This document shows, one piece after another, positions 1 to 11,485 of a DNA stretch of 35,207 nt. Position 1 is the first letter of the stretch, and each line of letters opens with the position of its first letter. The position numbers and the translations under genes are program-made. Source of the stretch: Octopus bimaculoides. Taxonomy: Eukaryota. The stretch is taken from the NCBI RefSeq assembly GCF_001194135.2, contig NC_069008.1, positions 15,473,395 through 15,508,601 on the forward strand. Reading direction: 5' to 3'. The notes below the pieces were generated by a model that saw only the letters and a program-made list of their open reading frames with translations, was not told where the DNA came from and did not search any database.

Positions 1-68
1 AAATAAAAGTGTATGTAAGGAATAAAAAGGAAGAAAAATTTATACGTCGTGATTTACAGGGAAAAATA

Positions 69-1337
69 ATGGAAAAGAGTGAAAAAGTTGAAGAATTGAT
101 TTCACCTGAACACATAAAAAAGATGAGAAAATTATCATATGACTGTGACATTTGCAAAAAGGGCTTCTCCCTAAAATGTAACCTAATTTCCCACAGACGT
201 ATTCATACAGGGGAAAAACCATATCATTGTGAGGTCTGTGGTAAATCATTCTCCGACCAAAGTGGCTTGACTTCGCATAAACGTATTCATACAAAGGAAA
301 AACCTTATCACTGTGATGTCTGTGGTAAATCATTTTCTCAAAGTTGTAATTTATCTGCACACAAGCGTATTCATACAGCAGACAAACCATATCACTGTGA
401 TAGCTGTGGTAAATCATTCTCTCACAGTAGTGCAATGACTAGACACAAACGTCTTCATACAGGAGAGAAACCTTATCACTGTGATATCTGTGGTAAATCA
501 TTCTCTTCAAATAGTGACTTAGTGAAACACAAACGAATTCATACAGGAGAGAAACCATATCAATGTGATATCTGTGGTAAATCATTTTCTCAGAGTTATC
601 ACTTAACTACTCACAGGCATATTCATACGGGAGAGAAGCCTTATCACTGTGATATCTGTGGTAAATCATTCTCTCGTAATCATGATGTAACTATACATAA
701 ACATATTCATACAGGAGACAAACCATATCATTGTGATATCTGTGGTAAATCATTCTCTGAAAGTTTTCCGTTAAGTAATCACAAACGTATTCATACAGGA
801 GAGAAGCCATATCACTGTGAGATCTGTGGTAAATCATTCTCTCAAAATAGTGCTCTAACTAGACACAAACGTATTCATACAGGAGAGAAACCTTATCGTT
901 GTGATATTTGTGGTTCATCATTCTCGGCAAGTAGTGACTTAATGAAACACAAACGTATTCATACAGGAGAGAAACCATATCACTGTGATATCTGTGGTAT
1001 ATCATTCTCTCAGAGTTATTGCTTAACTACACACATACGTATTCATACAGGTGAGAAGCCATATCATTGTAATATCTGTGGTAAATCATTCTCTCGTAAT
1101 CATCACTTAACTATACACAAACGTCTTCATACAAAGACAAAGGGGAAGCCATATCACTGTGATGTCTGTGGTAAATCGTTCTCTGAAAGTAGTCAGTTAA
1201 TTAATCACAAATGTATTCATACAGGAGAGAAACCATATCAGTGTGATATCTGTGGTAAATCATTCTCTCGTAATCATAACTTAACTAGACACAAACGTAT
1301 TCATTCTGGAGAGAAACCATATCATTGTGATATCTAG
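69..1337 (+). CDS. C2H2 zinc-finger protein A: MEKSEK leader plus 14 complete fingers, truncated in finger 15
   Basis: 14 CxxC-x12-HxxxH units with TGEKP-type linkers. The ATG at 69 matches the MEKSEK start shared by the paralogs (the ORF-track start at 9 is GTG). The TAG at 1335-1337 arises from a 2-bp deletion in the second Cys codon. Confidence 0.93.
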   Translation: MEKSEKVEELISPEHIKKMRKLSYDCDICKKGFSLKCNLISHRRIHTGEKPYHCEVCGKSFSDQSGLTSHKRIHTKEKPYHCDVCGKSFSQSCNLSAHKRIHTADKPYHCDSCGKSFSHSSAMTRHKRLHTGEKPYHCDICGKSFSSNSDLVKHKRIHTGEKPYQCDICGKSFSQSYHLTTHRHIHTGEKPYHCDICGKSFSRNHDVTIHKHIHTGDKPYHCDICGKSFSESFPLSNHKRIHTGEKPYHCEICGKSFSQNSALTRHKRIHTGEKPYRCDICGSSFSASSDLMKHKRIHTGEKPYHCDICGISFSQSYCLTTHIRIHTGEKPYHCNICGKSFSRNHHLTIHKRLHTKTKGKPYHCDVCGKSFSESSQLINHKCIHTGEKPYQCDICGKSFSRNHNLTRHKRIHSGEKPYHCDI

Positions 1338-1560
1338 TAAATCATTCTCTAACAGTAGTTTGTTAGCTAGACACAAACGTATTCATGTAGGAGAGTCAGC
1401 ATATCACTGTGGTATGTGTAGAAAATCATTCTCTGACCATAGTGCCTGGGCTTCACACAAACATCTTCATACAAAGGAGAATCCTTATCATTCATGACTG
1501 GTAAATTATTCTCTCAAAATAATGCTTTAATGAAACACTATTTATGCAGGAGAGAAAGCA
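1338..1560 (+). pseudogene. Out-of-frame decayed fingers downstream of the gene A stop
   Basis: Shifted frame reads [50 protein letters not shown], then decays further. Confidence 0.85.
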
Positions 1561-2330
1561 AAAGGATAGTTTCTTGTTTGTTATATACTTTTAATATTGC
1601 TCTGTATTATACAATGCAAGTTTGACGCTAAAATATTTCCAAAACTTTAAGATATTTTTTGTTTATTTTTGCAATTTTTAACTGGCTACTCATCCATTTT
1701 CCTTTCCATGGTGTAAGGGTCTTCATACCAAAACTCCTCCTTCTCTTGAGACCCCTACACAGTTCTTTCTTTAGTATTGTATCCTGTAATTACAGTATAT
1801 TTATTGTTTATTATCTTTTAAATACTTCACTTCTGAAATGTGTTATATAATAACAAAAGTTAAGACTCTTTCATACATAGGAATATTGTGAAGTTGTTAA
1901 ATATGTACATAAACAATGACCTCCAAATACAAAACAGAAGAGACCGCAAAGGAAGAACATGAGGCATAAGTATAGTTTAGTGCCCCACACCGGACTGATT
2001 CCTCGTTAGTTTGTAAAGAATGGTTTCTTTAAATTAAACTTTGCATAAATACATTTTCAAGGGTCCAAACTAGGATTATTTTCATAAACTTGAAGAAAAA
2101 CGTTTCGGAGGAGATTCTGTTCATCCTCAAACACACTTTGTTTTTATCCACCTTAACTGCAGAAGTTGGAGAAAACTACCAGCCACTGGATTACCTGTGA
2201 ATCTGGTGAGACAGAAGCCAGATTGGCTATATTCTCACCTGAAACAGGTTAGGCTGATACTTGTAAATGCAAAGTCATTCCCTGATAAAGAATGGACTTC
2301 ACAATGCAGGCTTGCAGTTAGTAATTTGAG
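1545..2330 (+). repeat. Conserved cassette 3' block, copy A (probable 3'UTR/downstream)
   Basis: Aligns by eye with 7920-8540(+), 17350-18140(-), 23600-24185(-) and 29450-30130(-), e.g. aaaacagaagagacc and gtatagtttagtgcccc. Confidence 0.85.
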
Positions 2331-2554
2331 ACTTGAAACTAAAATGACTCAGAGATTTCAACCAATCAGGAAGACGACATTCTGGAAGCTTAGGGTTTCT
2401 TCAAACTGTGGCTGGTGAAAATGCCAGCCAGGTAAAGGGTGACATGATGTTGGAACTGGAAGTATACAGAGCAATAAAAACGAAGAGGTGGTCTTGGAAG
2501 GTTTGACAGAATGGGACAGCTGGTAGCTTGAAGAGAAATTAGGAGATAGCTCTT
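2330..2554 (+). mobile_element. Decayed RTE-type LINE fragment belonging to the cassette
   Basis: Paralogous to 8540-8880, which lies in a recognisable RTE ORF2 segment; truncated by the SINE at 2555. Confidence 0.55.
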
Positions 2555-2668
2555 TTGTTGTTGGCGCTCTGTCGCTTACGACGCCGAGGGTTCCAGTTGA
2601 TCCGATCAACGGAACAGCCTGCTCGTGAAATTAACGTGCAAGTGGCTGAGCACTCCACAGACACGTGG
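2555..2668 (-). mobile_element. tRNA-derived SINE family 1, 3' part
   Basis: gttccagttgatccgatcaacggaacagcctgctcgtgaaattaacgtgcaagtggctgagcactccacagacacgtg is shared with 6325, 15659, 22600 and 34148; (caa)n tail on the minus strand. Confidence 0.9.
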
Positions 2669-2779
2669 AATGAATGGCATTTAGAAGAATTGTGGGTTTT
2701 AACAGATCGGTCGTAAACTGCATAATTACATTTGCAATGACCACGTACAAACTCACACACGCGTCGTCTGTAATATACT

Positions 2780-3295
2780 ACAACGTAAAGGGAGATAATG
2801 AGACTTTGTTGTCTAAAATATTTCGGAGAGGAAATACGCATGCGTATCGAACGTACTTCCTGTTTCGTTTTGATATTTGGTGAAATGTCCTGTGCGTCAA
2901 TTTTTTAAAAACCAGCTGATCGTACATTTATAATACTTACAATACGTATTTATAATCTATTTTTCAACTACCAGATACACACATACATAACAACACTATC
3001 CTTTATGAAACATTTCTGTAAGTATTAAACAATGAAAATATTCAGTCTCTTAATTCTGTAGACGTTCGCTCTTTGGCGCGTCGATTCTTTGTGTCTCTTC
3101 TATGTTTTATGAATGAAAGATGTCCTTGATTTGTGCGAGATTTGGCTGCTATTTCTGATGTGTCTGATTTATGCGAGATTGGAATACTCTTTATAACTTT
3201 GGAAGACAAATGTCTATGATTTGTGCTGGATTTGGCTGCTAAAATTTTACCAATGGATGCTGCCTTCTACACTCGTGTGTTAGTTTGAGAAATAT
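2780..3295 (+). promoter_or_regulatory. Cassette head B: putative promoter/first exon with NRF1-like palindrome, ETS-like site, donor and tandem motif array
   Basis: acgcatgcgt at 2836-2845, acttcctg at ~2855, GTAAGT at 3018, three GATTTGTGCGAGATTTGGCTGCT-type units at 3128-3240. The block recurs seven times in the window. Confidence 0.6.
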
Positions 3296-4019
3296 TCAGT
3301 TAATGTTTACAGTATTACCGAGAAACGAAAAAAAAAAAAGATAAAATAGTGCAACGGGTGTAAAAAAAATGTGTAGGAAACGAATATGGAAACAAAAATG
3401 CGCAGAAAGTAACGGGGGAGGGGGACTTCGGAAAATTCACAAGATCCGAAATTTTTGACCATAACGTTGAGAAATATCTTTTCATGAAATTGTATATAAA
3501 TACCAACCGAACGACATGCATTACGGGTCCCTAATGTGCCTTAAGCCCTTTATTTTTGTTCGGAAAAAAAGGGTTGGGGTAATATCTCCCTATATCTGGA
3601 CAAATTTTCATGTTCATGTGCATTGACAGGAGTTAAATGATGTGAAAGCATGAAGAGACACACAGGACAACATTTTTCTGCTGAGATAGCTTTAAATGCA
3701 CTGGTGCTATTAAAGCAGACACTTGCTCTAGGTGCTGTTGTGTGGGATTGAACTTGAAATAACATGAATGGAAATCAAAGCTGACCCGGACTAAACAACA
3801 ATGTCAAGTAATATTTCTGGAGAAGACAAATGTTAGTGTCAACTATTCTATAGTTTGATCTATATATTTTTAAACAATGTGAAGGTAACGGTGCAGGTTA
3901 CAAGATTCTGTGATGTTAATTTTAATAAATTAAAATATTCTGTTGTTAAGTATTTCTACAGTTCCACTCAATAGAAATGAATCTGTATTTTGTAAGTAAC
4001 CTCTATATCTTACACTGTT

Positions 4020-6234
<2,215 letters not shown>

Positions 6235-6324
6235 TGGTCTATCAGTTGTCCCTAAATAACTCGTGAATGTATTCATACAGAAGAAGCTATTTCACTGATG
6301 TTTATGGTAAATCATTCTCTGAAA

Positions 6325-6448
6325 GTTGTTGTTAGCACTCCGTCGCGGGTTCCAGTTGATCCGATCTAGGGAACAGCCTGCTCGTGAAATTAACGTGCAA
6401 GTGGCTGAGCACTCCACAGACACGTGTACCCTTAACGTAGTTCTCGGG
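6325..6448 (-). mobile_element. SINE family 1, 3' part, inserted in a decayed finger and running into a gap
   Basis: Same body as the 2555 and 34148 copies; begins right after aaatcattctctgaaa. Confidence 0.9.
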
Positions 6449-7353
6449 NNNNNNNNNNNNNNNNNNNNNNNNNNNNNNNNNNNNNNNNNNNNNNNNNNNN
6501 NNNNNNNNNNNNNNNNNNNNNNNNNNNNNNNNNNNNNNNNNNNNNNNNNNNNNNNNNNNNNNNNNNNNNNNNNNNNNNNNNNNNNNNNNNNNNNNNNNNN
6601 NNNNNNNNNNNNNNNNNNNNNNNNNNNNNNNNNNNNNNNNNNNNNNNNNNNNNNNNNNNNNNNNNNNNNNNNNNNNNNNNNNNNNNNNNNNNNNNNNNNN
6701 NNNNNNNNNNNNNNNNNNNNNNNNNNNNNNNNNNNNNNNNNNNNNNNNNNNNNNNNNNNNNNNNNNNNNNNNNNNNNNNNNNNNNNNNNNNNNNNNNNNN
6801 NNNNNNNNNNNNNNNNNNNNNNNNNNNNNNNNNNNNNNNNNNNNNNNNNNNNNNNNNNNNNNNNNNNNNNNNNNNNNNNNNNNNNNNNNNNNNNNNNNNN
6901 NNNNNNNNNNNNNNNNNNNNNNNNNNNNNNNNNNNNNNNNNNNNNNNNNNNNNNNNNNNNNNNNNNNNNNNNNNNNNNNNNNNNNNNNNNNNNNNNNNNN
7001 NNNNNNNNNNNNNNNNNNNNNNNNNNNNNNNNNNNNNNNNNNNNNNNNNNNNNNNNNNNNNNNNNNNNNNNNNNNNNNNNNNNNNNNNNNNNNNNNNNNN
7101 NNNNNNNNNNNNNNNNNNNNNNNNNNNNNNNNNNNNNNNNNNNNNNNNNNNNNNNNNNNNNNNNNNNNNNNNNNNNNNNNNNNNNNNNNNNNNNNNNNNN
7201 NNNNNNNNNNNNNNNNNNNNNNNNNNNNNNNNNNNNNNNNNNNNNNNNNNNNNNNNNNNNNNNNNNNNNNNNNNNNNNNNNNNNNNNNNNNNNNNNNNNN
7301 NNNNNNNNNNNNNNNNNNNNNNNNNNNNNNNNNNNNNNNNNNNNNNNNNNNNN
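6449..7353. other. Assembly gap
   Basis: Run of N. Confidence 1.
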
Positions 7354-7398
<45 letters not shown>

Positions 7399-7400
7399 TA

Positions 7401-7589
7401 TTTCTTTACTACCCACAAGGGGCTACACACAGAGGGGACAAACAAGGACAGACAAACGGATTAAGTCGATTATATCGACCCCGAAAGGACGAAAGACAAA
7501 GTCGACCTCAGCGGAATTTGAACTCAGAACGTAGCAGCAGACAAAATACTGCTTAGCATTTCGCCCGGCGTGCTAACGTTTCTGCCAGC
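7401..7589 (-). mobile_element. SINE family 2 (tRNA-like head; central motif resembling the Meta/Sauria-type domain), internally deleted
   Basis: Minus strand reads gctggcagaaacgttagcacgccgggcgaaatgc...gttcaaattccgc...gtcgactttg...ctttcggggtcgat; related to 32070 and 32905. Confidence 0.75.
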
Positions 7590-7919
7590 ACATATATATG
7601 TGTGTGTGTTTACCACATTCTCAATCTCTCTCTAAAGGAATATAGCTCACCCTGAGTGTGTTTGTGTGCGTGTCAATGTATGTGTATGCATGTATATAAA
7701 GAATTTCATTAGGATGTCAGTGTAATTTCAAAACGTTACCGTATATACTCATGGATAGACCACACTAATGGGTACGTCATGTCGTTAGTTTAGGAGTTGC
7801 CAAAGAAGCTATTTACAGTTCACTTGTGTTGGAAAGCAAAAGTGGGGAAAAGAATTGTAATAGCGATGGTGATAAAAGAAGGAGCAACTTTACTAAATCA
7901 GGGATTTTCATAAATTGTA

Positions 7920-8540
7920 TTTATGCAATGAAAATTAAAGTATTTCCCAAACTTTTAGATTTGTTTTGATTTTATAATTTTCACCTCATTTCTTTCCTCT
8001 TTACCAAAACTCATCTTCCTACTGACAACCCTACACATTATTCTTTCTTGAACATTGCATCCCCTAATTACTGTATATTTATTGTTTATTATCTTTTAAA
8101 TGCTTCACTCATTAAATATGTTATACGATATCATAAGTTGTGACGTTTTCATACACAGGAATATTGTAAAGTTGTCAAATATGTACATAATGACATCAAG
8201 TATAAAACAGAAGAGACCATAGAGGCATACGTATAGTTTGATGCCCCATCCCAGACTGCTTCCTTATTTGTTACTGAAAAGTAGTTTCTTTAAATTAAAC
8301 TTTGCAGAGATAAGTTTTCAAACGTCCAGATTTGGAGAAAATTCTGATCATTCTCAGCCCCACCCTGATTTTGACAACCCAAACTTTAGAACTTGAGGAA
8401 ACCTACCAGCCACTTGTTCACCTATGAATTTGGTGACACACAAGCCAGATTGGCTACATTCTCACGAGAAAGCAGGATATGCAGATACTTGTAAATGCAA
8501 AGTCATTCCCTGGTAAAGAATGGATTTAAGAACAATATAG
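7920..8540 (+). repeat. Conserved cassette 3' block, copy B
   Basis: Colinear with 1610-2330. Confidence 0.85.
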
Positions 8541-9200
8541 GTTAGCAATTAATGATTTTGAGACATAGAGCTTGAAGAGAAAGTCCTAGAAACTTAGCTG
8601 ATCCTTAAAACAGTTGGAGGGGTGATCTACTAATTAAAGCCTTTAACAAAAAGGAGGAAGTGGAGATATATAAGATAGAAGGTATTTGGAAGTTCTTGGG
8701 AGACAACCGATATAGAGCTGCTGAACAAATCTGTAGCTGGTCTAAAATGCCAGTCAAGTCAAAGGTGACAGGATGGTGGAACAGGGAAGTATACTGAGTA
8801 ATAAAAGCAAAGAGGCATTCTGGGAATGTTTGGAAGAATGGGAACAGCTGGTAGCTGGAAGAGAAGCTAGGAAACAACTCTATTTACCAAAGGGAAAAAA
8901 CAGAAAAGAAGTATGCTGATATTTCACAGTTTCATCAAATTTATGAAGTGTTCTGATATTCTGGTTTGCAGGAATTGAAGTTTGGGATGTGTGTGCAGAT
9001 GAATAATTGCAGACTTGCATTCACTGATTGTAAAAAAGAGACAGGCATGGAAGTGCAAATATGAAAGGCTACTAAATGTGAGAGAGCTGTCCTAATGTGA
9101 ACATGAGAGGGTCCAGCCATTCTTGTTGGTAGCAGTTAAGGTTATGAAGACTGTGGTAGCCCCTTGTCCATTAGGAACTACTTCTAGAGCATAAAATATG
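8540..9200 (+). mobile_element. Decayed RTE-clade LINE ORF2 fragment (segment between endonuclease and RT)
   Basis: Translated pieces such as KVTGWWNREV..IKAKR, AWKCKYERLLNV and GPAILV resemble RTE ORF2; many stops and frameshifts. Confidence 0.65.
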
Positions 9201-9209
9201 TGGCATGTT

Positions 9210-9520
9210 TGGATAAACTAAACAACAGCTTCACGGAACACCCAGTGCCATAATCTAACACTGCTTAGTATTTCTCCACTCATGGTAAGGGGAAGAGATG
9301 CAGCCAACCTCCAAATAAAGTAAATACATTTCATCAGAAGGAGGGCAGCCAGAATGAACGCGATAGCTGGAAATTCATTTACTGCCTTCGCAGCCTTCAA
9401 CCAACGCCAGCAATAACCACCATGGAACGTCTGATGAAGGATTTTAGATCCAAAAGCGCTCACATATGACAAGTTATATTTAACCCCAAAACTAGCAACA
9501 AAGTTATACACACAACACAC
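9210..9520 (+). mobile_element. Penelope-like element 3' end (GIY-YIG C-terminal remnant plus degenerate hammerhead)
   Basis: Reads LQIK*IHFIRRRAARMNAIAG, similar to the GIY-YIG C-terminal IxE..I...N..G motif, followed by CTGATGA..AAAA GCGC TC at 9431-9461. Confidence 0.5.
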
Positions 9521-9540
9521 TCCACTGGTAGGTACCCTTT

Positions 9541-9745
9541 ATGTATCTATTTCCATCCATTTATCTATTCGTCTATCTGTATATCTATCCATCCATTCAA
9601 CTATATGCCTATCTATCTGTCTCTCTGCCTGCCTACCTCCCTATCTATCTATCTATCTATCTATCCGTCTGTCTGTCTGTCTACCTACCTACCTACGTAT
9701 CTATCTATCTATCCATTCATTCATTCATTAACCTATTTATCTATC
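9541..9745. repeat. Compound tetranucleotide microsatellite (ctat/ctgt/ctac/catt)
   Basis: Directly visible. Confidence 0.95.
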
Positions 9746-10152
9746 ATAAAACCGTTAAACATTGGAAATTTCTGTATTACCCCTTGAGACTTTTGAAATA
9801 TCTTTTAAACTTTAAAAAAAAATTTCTGAAAAAGTCAAAAAGAAAAACCTGGAATTTTAAGCTATGATTTCCAAAAGTCTGCTCAGAGTTCATGTAATCT
9901 ATGAAAAACTCGCCCTTTCACGCTGCCTCAGCTCCTCACCATTTTTTCATTTCTTCCATCATTTTTCCATTTCGTTACTTTCCCTCTTTAGCTTTTCGTT
10001 TCGCCATCGCTAATTGCTAATTTCTTAATCGTCACTTTCTTCTACCCATTCGTTCCTTCCATCAGGTTCACAAGCGCCTTAATTCATACCCATCCTAACA
10101 TCTCATACTCATACCAACTTCTCTTAGCTTAGCGTCCCCTGTTTCTTTTTAA

Positions 10153-10330
10153 CATCATCATTTAACATGTGTGTTCCATGCTGGCATGGGTCGGGCAGTT
10201 TGACGAGGATCCAATGAGTTGTGGACTGCATTGTGCTTTAGTGTTTGCTTAGACATGGTTTCTAGGTCTGGATGCATTTCTAACCATTTTACACGCAGTA
10301 TTGTGTGCTTTTCTCGTGTCACTAGTACCA
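10153..10330 (-). mobile_element. 3' tail of an RTE-associated repeat with (gat)n end
   Basis: Related to 11978, 14708 and 23280 (gcatccag..tagaaacc..catgc..gcatgga..gttaaatgatgatg). Confidence 0.6.
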
Positions 10331-10508
10331 CCGAGGTCAATGTAATTCGTGAGTCAACAAACTGTAAACATTACTTAAAAAAACGGAGCCACAATGAATG
10401 GATGAATTGTTATTGTGGCTAAAACTTACAAAACTAAATCGAATTATGGGGGAGGTTAAAATGCCTGTTGTTATGAAGTGTCACATTTATACAGTTACGT
10501 TTCCATGT

Positions 10509-10614
10509 GGGCGGAGGTAAAGAATACGTACACCACCGGTTTTCAGCGTAACAAAAACCTTAACCCTAAACCCGAACCCTAACTACCGGGTGTGCGTATT
10601 CGCCCCCCCCCCCC
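10509..10614. mobile_element. ~105-bp hairpin MITE
   Basis: gaatacgtacacc...gtgtgcgtattc inverted arms with ccatgt(g) duplicated on both flanks; a second copy at 31562-31667. Confidence 0.7.
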
Positions 10615-10680
10615 ATGTGAATACGAAACATGTCTAGTTAAGATATTACTTTGCGAGAATGATTTACTGCAGATATTAGG
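10615..10680 (-). pseudogene. Single fossil zinc finger antisense to the cassette
   Basis: Minus strand reads NICSKSFSQSNILTRHVSYSH; paralogs at 15412-15480, 22115-22173, 28008-28073 and 33233-33296. Confidence 0.85.
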
Positions 10681-11001
10681 ACCAAGATGGCAAGGAACAC
10701 AACAGAGAAAGGACTGGAAGGATATGGTGAGCAGCGCCGTAATGGTAACATTCGTGAGAATGGTCGATACGTTTAGATATAAACTACTCACATAGACACA
10801 CATCAACAGCAATATAATGATATATATATAAAGGGAGATAATAACACTTAACCGTTTTAAATATTTCGGAAAGGAGATACGCATGTGCATTGAAAGTACT
10901 TCATGTCGGTGTCTGGTTAAATGTGCTATGCGTCAATTTCTCTTAATCATTTATAATATTACAATACGTACTTATTTCTCAACTACGACACAACCATATC
11001 C

Positions 11002-11485
11002 GGTACTACTAAAGAAGAGTGGTCTCCAACGCGCGGGTAGAGTGTTATTTTTATTCGATTTGTTGTTGTTTTTATTATTTATTTACGTTTAGAAGTTAAC
11101 AAAAACAGGTTGAGTGTCGATTTTTTTATTTTTTTATTTACGTTGTTTAGAAAAAAAATTATTTTGTTCACAAAAATTTAATTTTAAAAAAAATGTATGA
11201 AGTTAACAAAAACAGGTAGTGTGTTATTTTTATTCGATTTGTTTTTTTTTAATTTATTTACGTTGTTTAGAAAAAAAAATTTATTTAAAAAAAATTATTT
11301 ACTTTGTTTAATTGTAATATTTGTTTTAAAAAAAAAAATGTATTTTTGATAATATATTCAGCCATTTCAACCGTAAAAAGAGCGCGCATTTACTAATTTG
11401 CAAGCGCGCGCGCACTTGTAGGATCGACTACTCACGACTAGCTAGCGCGGACGCGCATTGGGGACCACTCTTCTTTAGTAGTACC
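11002..11485. mobile_element. MITE with 34-bp TIRs (Merlin-like by termini)
   Basis: TIR ggtactactaaagaagagtggtctccaacgcgcg vs 11452-11485 (2 mismatches). Flanks ccatatcc/cactatct look like a degenerate 8-bp TSD. Internal AT-rich tandem triplication. Confidence 0.8.

Noticed and set aside
9-68. N-terminal extensions from GTG/TTG starts (9, 4359, 4705, 19389, 31139)
   Set aside because: Non-ATG starts from the ORF caller; upstream frames are not conserved among paralogs, whereas the MEKSEK ATG is.
138-1330. Repeat-spacer look of the 84-bp arrays (CRISPR-like)
   Set aside because: The units are in-frame C2H2 coding repeats in eukaryotic DNA; there are no cas genes.
6292-7534. Long ORFs spanning N runs (also 22568-22869, 26636-27510)
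   Set aside because: Artefacts of translating gaps.
9541-9867. ORFs rich in YLSI/IYLS
   Set aside because: Translation of a tetranucleotide microsatellite.
10555-10585. ccctaa-like tracts as interstitial telomere (also 33557-33625)
   Set aside because: Only a few degenerate units, all inside MITEs.
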